DNA of 64,000 bases from the human T2T-CHM13v2.0 reference genome, Homo sapiens. The stretch lies in assembly GCF_009914755.1 (NCBI RefSeq), contig NC_060938.1; one strand, given 5' to 3'. A program made the translations under genes and the position numbers. Under the pieces are notes generated by a model. The model was not told where the DNA came from. It searched no databases and saw only the letters and a program-made list of their open reading frames with translations. This document shows, one piece after another, positions 1 through 13,030 of the stretch; position 1 is the stretch's first letter; each line of letters opens with the position of its first letter.

Positions 1-44
1 TCTTTATTCAACATACTTATCATTATGCAGGTCAAATACCACCC

Positions 45-150
45 AGTATCCAATTCCCCTCTCCTTCGGAGCACCTGGAAGGACTGTATCTTCCTCCCTG
101 CTGAAGTTAGGCAAAGTCATGTGACTAACTCTAATGAATGAATGCCATTT
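45..150 (+). mobile_element. Old MaLR LTR (MLT1-type) fragment
   Basis: gaagttaggcaaagtcatgtgactaactct resembles the MLT1 core. Confidence 0.5.
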
Positions 151-291
151 TAATGAAAATATTTATGTAACAAAAAAGATATAAAGCCCCAGTAACTTGT
201 TATATCCATTTCAAGAAGTTTTCAATTCAATTCCAGTACAACAAAATGATACAGCTTTTGAAGTTCATTGTGATGAGATCTCAATTAGCTA

Positions 292-400
292 ATCAGACTG
301 TGAGCTCTCTGAGGGCAGAGCTATCCTGAAACCCACATGCACTAGATGCTCAATACACGTCTGTTGAATGGATGAATTAAACATTGAGTGAATGAGTGAC
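292..400 (+). mobile_element. L2 3' end
   Basis: agactgtgagctctctgagggcag...gctcaata...gttgaatggatgaat. Confidence 0.75.
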
Positions 401-669
401 CATAATTCTAATATTGTGTCTTGATTAAATCATTCTTATTTCTCCTCTATGTTCATTGGAACAGTTTACTAAGTTAGGAAATTACCCTCAAATGAAAAAG
501 ATTATTTTCTCAGTGACATTAGCAACAATAATCTGGCTTCTCAAAGAAGGTTAACATGGAATCTAAGAAGGAAATCCCAGGGAGTTTTGCTTTCTGTTTC
601 GGAACCTTGTAATAAAGATGGCCCAGGGGTGCGCATACCTTGCATTTGAATATAATTTGTGGTTTTCTT

Positions 670-988
<319 letters not shown>

Positions 989-1029
989 CCTGGTTTTCTT
1001 CTTTCTCTTTGAGTTTAGTGATTTGAGGC

Positions 1030-1400
1030 TGTTACAAACTGAATGTTTGTGACCCTCCAGAATGTGTATGTTGAAGCCCTAACCCACAATGCAACGGTAT
1101 TTGGAAGTGAGGTCTTTGGGGGGTGATTAGGTTTAAATGAGGTCATGAGGGTCTTGCCCCCATGATGGGATTAATGGCTTTATAAGAAGAGGAAGAGACA
1201 ACAGAGCTTCCTCTCTCTGTCATGTAAGTATACAGCAAGAAGGAGGCCCTCTACAGTTAGGAAGAGGGCCCTCACCAAGAACTGAATCAGCCAAGACCTT
1301 AATCTTGGAATTCCTAGCCACCAAAACTGTAAATATGAATGTCTGTTGTTTAAGCCACCCAGTCTATAATATTTTGTTACAGCAGCTCCATCTAAGACAG
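1030..1400 (+). mobile_element. MLT1A-like MaLR solo LTR
   Basis: tgttac..ctgaatgtttgtg...gttgaagccctaaccc...gtttaagccacccagtct...ctaagaca. Confidence 0.85.
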
Positions 1401-2348
1401 AGGCCAAACTCCCATCTTCCCTACCTCTATTAGAAATGTAATATTATTTTTGCATGCCACAGTCACCTTCTCTTGCTTTCAGCAACCAGCCTAAGATTCT
1501 GCTGCCTTTTTAGGTAGAGTAAGTAACACATCCATCCAATGACCAGCCTGAATTATCAAATATTTCCTAATTGAGGCAGTAATGGTTTCTTTAACCACCA
1601 TTATTGCACAGCATTGTTGGCTGTTAGGCTCCAACCTAGGCATGGTGCTTTTGGGTTTCATATAGTGCAAATAAATGGAAATTTTCACTAGACTCCAAGA
1701 GCTTCCAATTTGAAAAAATAGAAAGTTCAGTAATTCAGCCACAGGTTTAACTTTTTAAAAATGCTCTAGATCATATTATACCCCACAAAGTTTTGTTATT
1801 TTTCTTTTTTTCCCTCTTGGTAATAGATTTAATACATTGCCCTGGCTTGCACTGACCATATTATGCCCCTGCAGTTTCCTGAAAATATGGCATTTTGCAT
1901 TGGCAAACAGTAATAGGAATAAATTCTTTAAGCACTATATAAAAAGCTTACTTGAAATTTTGAAGTCTCATACCAAAATGCTGACTATTAAATAGAGATT
2001 TGTTAGGCAATGCCAAATGAAAATGTGCTGTCATAATCCACTGGATAAAGTTTAGTTTTTACATCATTTTGATAAATTTACCTCATTTACCAATATAGCT
2101 ACAAATCATATCTTACGGTTGTCATATAAAGGCAGTAAAATATTACATACTTCAGATGACCTTCACCCAGAAATGCTTTTCACTGTTCACATTTTATCTG
2201 TCAAATAGTACTTTCTTTAGAAGCAAATATAACTGCCATTACAGAGAGAAGCTACCGGCCTGGGACAAGTCCTAGCATTTAGTGCTCTGACAGATCTTAA
2301 TTTGGATATTAGCCAAAGTCAATAAAACTTGTTCATGCAGAACCTTAC

Positions 2349-2397
2349 CTGGTTTTCACCACATCTAGGGGGTGCATCAGGCAAATTTCTACAAGAC
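2349..2397 (-). CDS. SLC25A21: SLC25A21 coding exon 2 (49 nt, phase 1 to phase 2), mitochondrial 2-oxodicarboxylate carrier
   Basis: Minus strand reads cttttctttatcatctttcag|GTCTTGTAGAAATTTGCCTGATGCACCCCCTAGATGTGGTGAAAACCAG|gtaagg, with canonical acceptor and donor. It translates to (G)LVEICLMHPLDVVKT(R), which contains the carrier motif PX[DE]XX[KR]X[KR] and matches my recollection of the SLC25A21 N-terminus. Confidence 0.95.
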
Positions 2398-2774
2398 CTG
2401 AAAGATGATAAAGAAAAGTCCAATAAACACTTATGTAAACACTGGTTCTTATTTCCTTGATCCTGTCGATTTCTCGAGTGTGAGGGTTCAGATAAAGAAC
2501 TTGGGACTTCGGATATGACAGCTAATAGTAATAGGCTAGTGGCAAAAGACAGAAGCATAATATGATTTTATTTCAATGGAAGTAAGATATGTGAGCGAGT
2601 ACTTTCTTACAAGTGCTCTGGCAGGGAGGTAGGGCTGGAGGGGAAAGAAAATTTAAAAAATAATCAGATGTGCTAATTCAAATCAACTGGGTGGGAGTTA
2701 TGGCTTCCCATTCCAACCCAATAATAAGGATATGTGGAAGGAAGGGAGGAAAGAAAAGAAGGAAGAGCAGGAGG

Positions 2775-2915
2775 CTCTTTGAATCTCTCCCAGCTTTGGT
2801 ATGTTAGTAAACATAGCAAATCAGAAACCTCAGTTTCAGTATCCATGAAACAAAGATAATGATGCCTCTTCTCTCCCAAGGTAGTTATGAAAATACAATA
2901 CATATCAATACATTA
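2775..2915 (+). mobile_element. MIR
   Basis: cctcagtttcagtatccatgaaac...gataat core. Confidence 0.6.
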
Positions 2916-2924
2916 ATAGCTTAA

Positions 2925-3140
2925 TAGAGAATATTTCTTGTGGGATCACTGTGTGCTAGGCATTGTTCTAAGCAGTACTTAGATTACCTCATTTAATCGT
3001 CACAAGAACTTTATGTGATAGAATGTAGTATCCCCATTGTACAAATGAGAAAATTGAAGCATATAAGTTAAATAACTTGTCTAAGACGTTACATCTAGGA
3101 AGTAGTTTTAATTCCCATAAAGCCCTGATCTTAACCATTG
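2925..3140 (-). mobile_element. MIR
   Basis: ctcatttaatcgtcacaag...ccccattgtacaaatgagaaaattgaagc. Confidence 0.8.
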
Positions 3141-3339
3141 CTCAGTGAAAGAACTATAACTTCTTGCAAATAAATTGTAACACTCTCTCTCCTATCATCC
3201 AACTGAGCAGAGAAGACTACTCAATTATAATACAAACTACTGGCATGTAACAATAGGAGTAGTACAGTAGTATTAGGTACTAGTAGTTGTAAAAATAATT
3301 ATAGTAGTCATCATTATGGTATTATAGAGGTAATAACAG

Positions 3340-3500
3340 TAATAGTTACCTATATATGGATGGTCATTTAACATACACGGTCACTGATATGCACAACGAA
3401 TGGACAAGGTAAGTATCATTATCATCTTTCCTTTAAGATAAGAAAACTGAGGTTGATAATGTTCAACTGATTCGCCCAAAGGCCATACAACAGTATTTGT
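3340..3500 (-). mobile_element. MIR preceded by (TAG)n-like low-complexity sequence
   Basis: gataagaaaactgagg...cgcccaaaggccataca. Confidence 0.65.
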
Positions 3501-4206
3501 GAGTAGTTTCTTATAGGCAGAGCATTTACCTCCATTTATAAACTAACTCAACTTGAATTTAGCCATGATGTAGTTTATCTTCCCCATCCCATATTTATCC
3601 ACACAAATGTCTTTTCCTTCCCATACTGACCAGGTCCAGAAAGCTCAAAGGGCCTGTACCTACCTGAAGGCCCACTTTGCTTCTGCAGAAGCCTTAGGAA
3701 GTTTTCCCTGCATATGCCTGCTCTAGGTTGCAAAGTCCTATGTATTGACCTAAACTGTCTTACTTTGGCTACAACTAATAAGATCCAATATGGATGATGT
3801 TTGTGCCAAAGGCTTCCCAAGTCAAGCACCCAGTTGGAGTCTCATTGCCTAGAGACAGGAGGAGACAGGCTCAGGTGAGCAGAGGCCACAGGATCGCTGG
3901 ACATGACAGCAAAGCCTCTAGGTACTGTTTTAGCTTTATTATTAAGCCCTGTTACTCAAGGTAGCATGAGCAGAAATCTTCCTTGCTAACTGTTAAGGTC
4001 TCCATATACTTCTCCTTGCTTGAGAATTCACATTTACCCCCAAAGTAAGAATCAGGTGACCAGAATTTTTGTTCTGGTGCCTTCATGGACTCATCATTTA
4101 CCCATGATGATACCAGTTCCTTATCTGTAAAGCAAAAGATTAAATGGCCTAGAATAACTTTGAGGTTTAATATTCTATGTTTGTTGCTGTTTTTGAATCT
4201 GACTCA

Positions 4207-4290
4207 CATATATATATATGAAATATGTATATATATGAAATATATATATATGAAATGAGGTCATGAGGGTCTTGCCCCCATGATGGGATT

Positions 4291-4341
<51 letters not shown>

Positions 4342-4368
4342 CACACACACACATACATATACATATAT
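4207..4368. repeat. Compound microsatellite (TA)n / (GATA)~12 / (CA)n interrupted by a 39-bp insert
   Basis: Directly visible; GATA run at 4291-4341. Confidence 0.95.
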
Positions 4369-4879
4369 TATTTATAATTCTAATTTAAGCTTTATTATAT
4401 TAGTTATAAGATAAAACCCTAATCCTATTTAAAAAATTTACTCTGGGAACTCAGACTTTAAAAATAGCATCCTTACCACACACTGTAGCAGAAATTCATT
4501 AAGTGCACTTCCACGCACATAAGGAAATAAGATACTCAGAATCAGTTTACCAAAGCAAGTACACAAAGCTTCTCCCACTGACTTGACATTAGAGTAGAAG
4601 CAAAAAACACACACCAAATAGCGCTAGTTGGTACATTTCTCAAAAAGTTTACCAAAAGAACCCACAATACCAACAACTTATTAAAGCTTACAGCAAGACT
4701 TGGAGAATCAGACCACATTTATATAAATCTGTTTACCTATTTGCAAAATTGTTTCAGTTTTCTATGTGCTAATGCACATTTCTGGTAGTAAACAGATAAT
4801 AGATCAGATGATTATACTTTAGTGATTACTTAAAATTATTTTCAATCCCCTATGATGGTCCCCTAGTATGCACCAAAAC

Positions 4880-5400
4880 ACTCATTTATTCACTTGACAA
4901 ACTTGCACTGGTTGCCCTCTATGTGTCTGGTATTGAGGATAGAGTCTAGTGAGGGGAACAAACAGACATATAAGAACAAATAGTAATGCATGAGAGGAGG
5001 TGCGATGCTCAGAGTTCATGGGAGCACATCAGAGAGAGGCCCCTGACCTAGCATGGGAGCAGGTGAGGGGTAGGAAAGGGATTCAAGGCAGACAGAGGAC
5101 AGCATGAGCATGAGGCATGGAGGAAAGATATTGCACAGAAAAAAGAAGAAAAAGAGGCAAGAAGCACTTGAACATTACAGCAGCCTAGGGTTGAAGGCAG
5201 GGTATGGCAAGAGATGAGGCTGGAAGTGTGCAGGTGAGGCTCAAGTTCATGTTTAGTTACTTCCACTTTATCCCATAGGCCACGAGGAGCCAGTGAAGGA
5301 TTTTCTTTTTTTAATAGCTCTTGGTTGTTTTTTCTTATTACCAATGTACTCCATGTTTATTGAAGACATTTCGAGGAGTTGTAAGCAGAGGAGTGGTATT
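4880..5400 (-). mobile_element. L2 fragment
   Basis: ctcatttattcacttgacaaac...gagccagtgaaggatttt...aagcagaggagtg. Confidence 0.7.
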
Positions 5401-7419
5401 GACCTCTGCTAATGTGCTCTCCCAATAATCTAATCATCTTCTCCATTTAATCCCCGCAGTGCTCCCAATCACAGTTATTCACTTGCAAGTACAACAGCAC
5501 TGATGTCCCAGCCCTCTCTCCACTGGTAAACAGTTTACCAGTAAAAACACCTTCTCTCATCATAGCATAGATGTCTTGGTGTCCCATGCACCTCTAGATT
5601 TGAGAGTCAATGGCCATCTATGAAACTACCTGCAAAACTGTGACATGGCCAAAAGGAAAATGGGACCTAAATGGTCAAATATAACATATTTGGTCCAGGA
5701 TCTCTATGTGATTATTTATTCACTGTTATTTTTAGTCAAAACAAGTAATTTGTAGAATTTAAGTTAGTGATAAAATGCATTACAGGCAGAGAGAACAGAA
5801 ATGTTGGAAATTATATGGAAGCTGTGACTTTAATCAGAGTTCAGAGTTAAATCTGGATTCACTCAGAGTGGGAATGGATGCTTGCTGTCCTCCACAGACA
5901 GCTAAAGACTGTGAGACCCTGATTATTATTTATGAAGATAACCATATAAATAGAATCAGATTAATCGTGTTACATAGGCCTAGAAGTGACCTCAAGAAAC
6001 TGAGTGGTACCATGTGCTTATTGACAATTCTATGACCTACTATGAAGGCACAAACTAAATAATGAGCTAGTGAGCACAAATTTTAATAATTTCTCTATTC
6101 TCATAAAATTAAAAATCTAACATAGAAAAGAAGATGACTCTGAAATATCAGCTTCCATTTAATAATCCATCCTAATTGCGATTTTAAGACACTCTGATAT
6201 CAAGACAAATAAGACCTAGAAGTATTGCTTTTACCAACCTGGCATTTATTACACTCACCAGCCACAGAGGAATTAAATGATTCAATCTCCCCTACTCATT
6301 CATGATATAAAAATTGTACTGCCAACCACCAACCATAGTAACACTTTCTCTGGGGAAAAAAGTTACAACTTCATAGTATTTGAGAAGGAATATGAAAAAA
6401 ATACATAAGAACTTAAATATAAATTTAGATCAGTGCTTTTCTTAGACTCTCTAGCTGATTTTACATTTAAATTTGGTGTTTGATCTTAAAACCAGAAAAA
6501 AGTCATTTTAGAGATAAAATGTCTTCAAGTCATGCTTAATTTTAAATGGGCTGGACTATTTGTAACTTCCATTCATTTTGGGAATAAAAAGCAGAATCAA
6601 AACATAACCACATGACAGTATGAAAATAATTAGAAAAACATAAAACACATATTTTCTCAAATAACATACTACATTTCAGAAAGCTAAAAATGTTCCATAT
6701 GTTATTTTTATTTCAGGCAACTGCTGATTTATCACAATAACAAGTAAACAAGAATTACTATTAGATTTGTTTAAACTAGACAAAATACTGATTTTATAAG
6801 GCTGAACATTATAAAAATTAGAAAAGCCCCAAAGCAGACTGATACTGTAAATTTAATATATTGTAAATGTTTTCATTGTTTCTGCAGATTCATGTCATGT
6901 TAGTGAGCATGACTATATCTCTAAGATTTGAATGAAACTGGTAATTTGACCCTACCACAGGCACAAAAATGCATGGGTTATCCCCTGAACTTTTACCTTG
7001 GGATAGCCCCTGAATGCCCTGGCCCTTGAACTGCCTCAAGTACATGCCTTCGCCTGAGCCAATATTGGGAAAAAATTAACACCACCATGTCATAAACCCT
7101 TCTCCCAGACTTCATCTTTTCTGAGAAGATCCCCTGGGCAGCCTGTTCAACCACAAAACTTGACTGATCATTAACACCACCCCCACCTTCCTCTGAAATA
7201 ACCTGCACCACACTCTTTTCCAAAAAAAAAAAGTACAAACATTGTCACACAATGATTAATCATGATTGGTGAGAGACCAGTTTCTTCTCAGTGTTCAATT
7301 CCTAGAACTTTTTCTTTACTCAGGAATGTTTTTCTTCTGTAAGGACACATGTACATATACTTCTGAGAATCCTACTAACCTTCAGATCTCAATTTAGGCA
7401 ACCATTTTCCCAGAAATCC

Positions 7420-7835
7420 TGGGGCAAAGATGGTTAATTTTTCTCTTAGTAGGCATCCCCTCTTCTTCCTGGCCACTCAGAAAAAATATTGCATTTCCCA
7501 GCTTCTTTTGCTGCTCAGCATCACAATGTGACTAAGTTCTGGCCAAAGGGATGTAAGGGAAAGTGGTTTGAGCAACATCTGGGAAGTTTTTTAAAGAGAA
7601 GGAGCCTGGTCTTCTCTTTCTCCCATCTTACTAGTGGAATATGGACACAGGCTGCCATGTTAGATAACAAGGTAACTTTGGGCATAGAGGCCACACACAG
7701 CACAGCAACAAGACAGACATAGTGGAGTTCTGGGTTATCTACCTCCAGACACTCATGTTGGAGAAAAATTTCTATTTTCCTTAAACTACTGCGATTTGGG
7801 TTTTCTTCCACATATGCTAATCTAACTCTGAAACA
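7420..7835 (+). mobile_element. Old MLT1 (J/K-like) LTR
   Basis: catttcccagcttc...atgtgactaagttctggccaa. Confidence 0.75.
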
Positions 7836-7869
7836 GGAGCTCCCTGAACTTGTATTATTGTGTGACACT

Positions 7870-8010
7870 ACCACTGTTTCTTTTCTTATCTAGAAGCTCC
7901 ACGAGGACAGAGACTCCATCTGCCCTCTTCATGTTTGTATCCTCACCACTTTGCACAATGGCTGGTACTCAGTATGCTCAATAAGTATTTGATGAATAAG
8001 TAAATTAATG
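7870..8010 (+). mobile_element. L2 3' end
   Basis: aagctccacgaggacagagac...gctcaataagtatttgatgaat. Confidence 0.75.
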
Positions 8011-9500
8011 CTCATTAGGGTTTCTGCCAATGCCATTATGTCAGCTAAATTCTCAAGATAAATTGAACTGGCAGCTATTTATTCTGCATTTAATTCATTA
8101 GTTTGAACCTTATATAAATAAGCAGATAAGGACAGAGAAACATTCATAAAATGATAGTAAATAAAGCACAGTAAGGACCTGAATACAGAAGTATGATATT
8201 GTTAATCACATATCCTGCTGTGTAAATGTTGGAAAACAACTAATCAATCAGCATCTAATAGACTGACAGATGATTGTCCAGAGCTGTGTGCATGCAGAGT
8301 AACGTGCTAGGTGCTGGAGAACACAGCCTGACGCTGCAACAAGGATGCTTGAAAGCCTGAAGGATTTCAAAGCTCAGCACAGAAGGGACACATTGAGAAA
8401 GGCTTTACATGTAAAGGGAAGACATTGAGCAGAAAATAGCAATACGCATAAAAATATGGTTCAGGCCTAGTAATTTAGTGTTGCTGTTGACAGTGTGAAA
8501 TGTTACCTATGTTCTGCATCAATTCTAGTCTTACATGACTGCTTACGTTTATCCCAAATTGTCTACCTTCTTTGAGGAACTATGTTATTGTTCTGACAAA
8601 AACTAACGACAGAAAACACAGATAATCATTTAAAATTTTAAAATCAAAATGTTACATCATCTGTGGCCTGCGTATTCTTTATATTTGAGATTACTTGCCC
8701 TAAGTCACAAGGCTGATTTCTGGCAAGTAAAGACCATTTAAAATGTAAATGTGTGTGTGTGTGTGTACACATGAGGAAGTAGTTCTTAAAACTGTCACCA
8801 ACTTTGCCCATGACCACTGATAGATATCTCATAACTCAACAATATCCTTTTTTCCTATGAGCTAGGAGTGGAAAAACCACATCAAAAGTATCACTTCCCA
8901 GAAAACATGAGGTTGTTCTTTTTCATTTCAGAGATTTAGAATGCTTACAACGTAAAGCAGAAGATCTTATCTCCACCCTTGCCCTTTTTTTCTACCCATT
9001 CCTTTACAACCTAGGTCACAGAAAAGAGACAATAGTGAGTGTGTAACTACATAGACGGACTGATTGATTGTGGAACATACCTCATCCCTGCCAACTCCTA
9101 ATGGAACACATAGGTACAAAAATGTAGAATGCTGATGTCATTCCTGTGCTTTCCTTCCCACACTACCTCTGCCTTTACCTAGGAACAGTGTTGCAATGGG
9201 CTTTAGTAACCGTTTCAGCAATAGGAGGAAGGGATGTAGAAGACAAGCCGGGTGACCCAAAGTAGTAGCCATAAACATAATTAAAGGACAATGTTGAATG
9301 ATCCTTTAGCACAGTTTATTTTACTATACACAATGTTATTATACACTGTTCTGTTCTGATACATTATTTGAGAACAGAGTATTCTAAATTTACTCTGCTT
9401 TATTATTACTAAGTCAGTTGACTGCTCCTTTCTCTACAGTTCCATTGCATGCACTAATTATTTTACATTGTATCACATATATCAAGAATAGCATTTATCT

Positions 9501-9889
<389 letters not shown>

Positions 9890-10019
9890 CTATGTGAATG
9901 GTATCTCTAGGTTGTGAACAATCTGTGTAGCCAAAATAAATGATGAAATCTTTGAGAAGAGGGAGCATTTATCTTTACTCACTGAATAAATTACATCAAA
10001 TACCTGAAACCCACTGAAG

Positions 10020-11060
10020 AAGTTCTCTACCTACACTCACTCTCTTGGTGATCTCATCCAAATCCATGGTTTCAACTATGCCAAAAAACAATTCACCAAT
10101 TTACATTTCCAGTCCAGACTTCCCTTTCAAAGTCAGGTTTAAATATCTGATTGCTTGTTTGACATCTCTGCCTGGATATCTAGTAGCCTAGATATTCAGT
10201 CTAAAACTGGATTCCTGACCCTGCACACCTCCATCCCCTTCGGAAACAACATGCTCAACCTTAGAATCATTCTGGATGCTTCCGTCTCTCTCACAACTCT
10301 CTTCGAATCTATCTGGAAATCTCTTTGACTCTACTTCAAAATATATCCAGATTTCTACCATCCCTCATGACCTCTACTTCTCCTACTCTGGTCCAAGTCA
10401 TGATTATCATTTCTCAGCAGATCAACGGTAGCAGGCCCTTTACAGGTATCCCTCCATCTACCTTTGACCTCTCCCATCTGTTCTCACCCCACAGCCTGAG
10501 TGATCCTTTTAAATTAGAAGTCATTTCATGTCATTCTTCTGGTCAACAATGGCTCCCCATTATATTCAGACGAAAGCTACCTGTAACCCCAGCTTCATTA
10601 CTCCTCTCACCTGCTGTCTTACAACTCTCCCCTCCACTGGCTCTACTCCAGCCACACTGGCTCTCTGCTGTTTCCCAACCTTGCCAGGCCTTCAGTAATA
10701 GGCCTTTGGTCTAGCTGTTCCCTCTGCCTAGAATGCTCTTCCCCCACATTCCACTTGGTCAACATCCTTCATGTGGACCAAGAGTAGTCCCGACCACTCT
10801 AACATAGACCTGCCCCTCCTTAGCCCAGCACTGATAAATGTCTTCACGCTGCTCTGCTTTTTCATTTCTCTCTAGTGTGTACCAACTTCTAACATACTAT
10901 ATCATTTATCTATTCATTGTGTTTATTGTTTCCTATCTGTCTCTTCTGATGGAAATAAACTTCAAGAGAGCAGAGACCTTCATATTATCCATCGATATGC
11001 ACTAAGTACCCAGAACATGCCTGGCACCTAGTAGTGCTCAATAAATGTTTGTTGAAAAAG
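10020..11060 (+). mobile_element. L2a, ~1 kb 3' portion
   Basis: cactctcttggtgatctcatcc...cctggcacctagtagtgctcaataaatgtttgttgaa. Confidence 0.9.
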
Positions 11061-11224
11061 AAACTGAATTATATAAGAGAATAAAACTGCTACAATTATG
11101 GGATTCCATTTCAGTGATATGTAGAGGACAAGGTTTTAAAAATTTAGTGTACCGAAAAGGAACTTCCAATCCAAAGAATCCACGATGATAATTTTTTAAA
11201 CTGATCTTACTTATTTTTTTAAAA

Positions 11225-13030
11225 AATTATTTTATTTTTTAATGACAAATAATAATTTTATATGTTTATGGGGTACAATGTGATGTTTCATACATGTATA
11301 AATATACACGTATACATTGTGGAATGATTGAGTCAAGCTAATGAACATATCCATCACTTCATATACTTACAAACTTTTTGTAGTGAGAACATTTAAAATC
11401 TAATCTTTATGCAACTTTGAAATATGGAATGCATTATTATTAATTATAGTCACCATTCTGTGCAATAGGTCATGGAAACTTATTTCTACTGCCTTGCTGA
11501 AACTTTGTACCCTTTAATCAACATCTCCCCTTTCCCCATCCACTCTTCTCTCCCAGCCTCTGGCAACCTCCATTCTAGTCTCTATTCCATGGGTTCAACT
11601 TTTTAAGATACTGCATGTAAGTGCGATCATGCAGTATTTGTCTATTCATGTCTTGCTTATTTCACTTAGCATGACGTCCTCTGGGTTCATCCATGGTATC
11701 ACAAATGACAGGATTTCCTTCTTTTTCAGGGCTGAAGAGTATTCTGTTGTATACATTTTCTTATCACTCATTCACTGATGGACATTTAGGTTGGTTTCAT
11801 ATCTTGACTACTGTGAATAATGCTATGATTAACATGGGAGTGCAGTTATCTCTTCAATATACCTATTTCATTTCCTTTGGATATACACCCAGAAGTGGGA
11901 TTGCTGGATCATATATGGTAATTCTATTTTTAGTTTTTTGAGGGACCTCAATACTGTGTTCCATAATGGCTATACTAATATGCATTCCCACCTATAATGT
12001 ATGAGGGTTCCCTTTTCTCCACAACCTTGCCAACACTTTTTATCTTTCATCTTTTTAGTAACAGTGATTCTCACAGGTGTGAGGTGATATCTCATTGCGG
12101 TTTTAATTTGCATTTCTCTGATGATTACTGATGATGAGCATTTTTCTATATGTCTGTTGGCTGCCTGTATGTCTTTTTTTGAGAAATATCTCTTCAAGTC
12201 CCTTGCTCATTTTTAATGGGGTATCTGTTTTCTTCCTATTATTTGAGTTCCTTATATATTTTGAATATTAGTCCCTTGTCAGATGTGGTTTGCAAGTATT
12301 GTCTCCGAACCCATGGGTTGTCTATTCACTCTCTTAATAATGCCCTTTGCTGTGCAGGAGGAGCCTTTTAGTTTGGTGCAATTCCATTTGTCTATTTTTG
12401 CTTTTGCTGCCTGCGCTTTTGGGGATATATCCCAGAAATCTCTGCCCAGACAGATGTCATGTCTATGTTTTCTTCTAGTAATGTTACAGTTTCAGCTCTT
12501 ATATTTAAGTCTTTAATCCACTTTGAGTTGATTTTTGTACATGATGTGAGATAAGGATCAAATTTCACTGTTCTGCACGTGGATATCCAGTTTTCCCAAC
12601 ACTATTTATTGAAGAGACTGTGCTTTTTCCATTGTATGTTCCTGGCACCTTTGTGGAAAATCAATTGACCATAAATGCATGGGTTTATTTGCAGGTTCTC
12701 TATTCTGTTCCATTGATCAATGTGTCTGTTTTTATGCCAGTACCATGCTGTTTTGATTACTATAACTTTGTAATAGGTTTGGAAGTCAGGTAGTGTGATG
12801 CCTTCAGCGTCATGTTTGCTCGAGGTTTGCTTTGGATATTCAGGGTCTTCTGTGGTTCCACACAAAGTTTAGAATTATTTTTTCTATTTCTGTGGAAATT
12901 AAACTGGAATTTTGATAGAGAGTACATTGAATCTGTATATCATTTTGAGTAGTATGGACATTTTAACAATATTAATTCTTCCAACCTATGAACACAGGAT
13001 ATCTTTCCATTTACTTGTATTGTCTTCATG
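11225..13030 (-). mobile_element. L1MA-family 3' fragment
   Basis: L1MA 3' UTR (atggggtacaatgtgatgtt) plus degenerate ORF2 C-terminal peptides (ORFs 11970-12197 and 12602-12865). Confidence 0.92.

Noticed and set aside
2319-2558. 79-aa minus-strand ORF over exon 2, and an upstream cryptic acceptor (cactAG, 2537-2536)
   Set aside because: The ORF is in a different frame from the carrier peptide. Using the upstream AG gives G|CC TAT TAC TAT TAG, an immediate stop, so it is not a coding extension.
10325-10714. 129-aa ORF
   Set aside because: Lies wholly within a degenerate L2.
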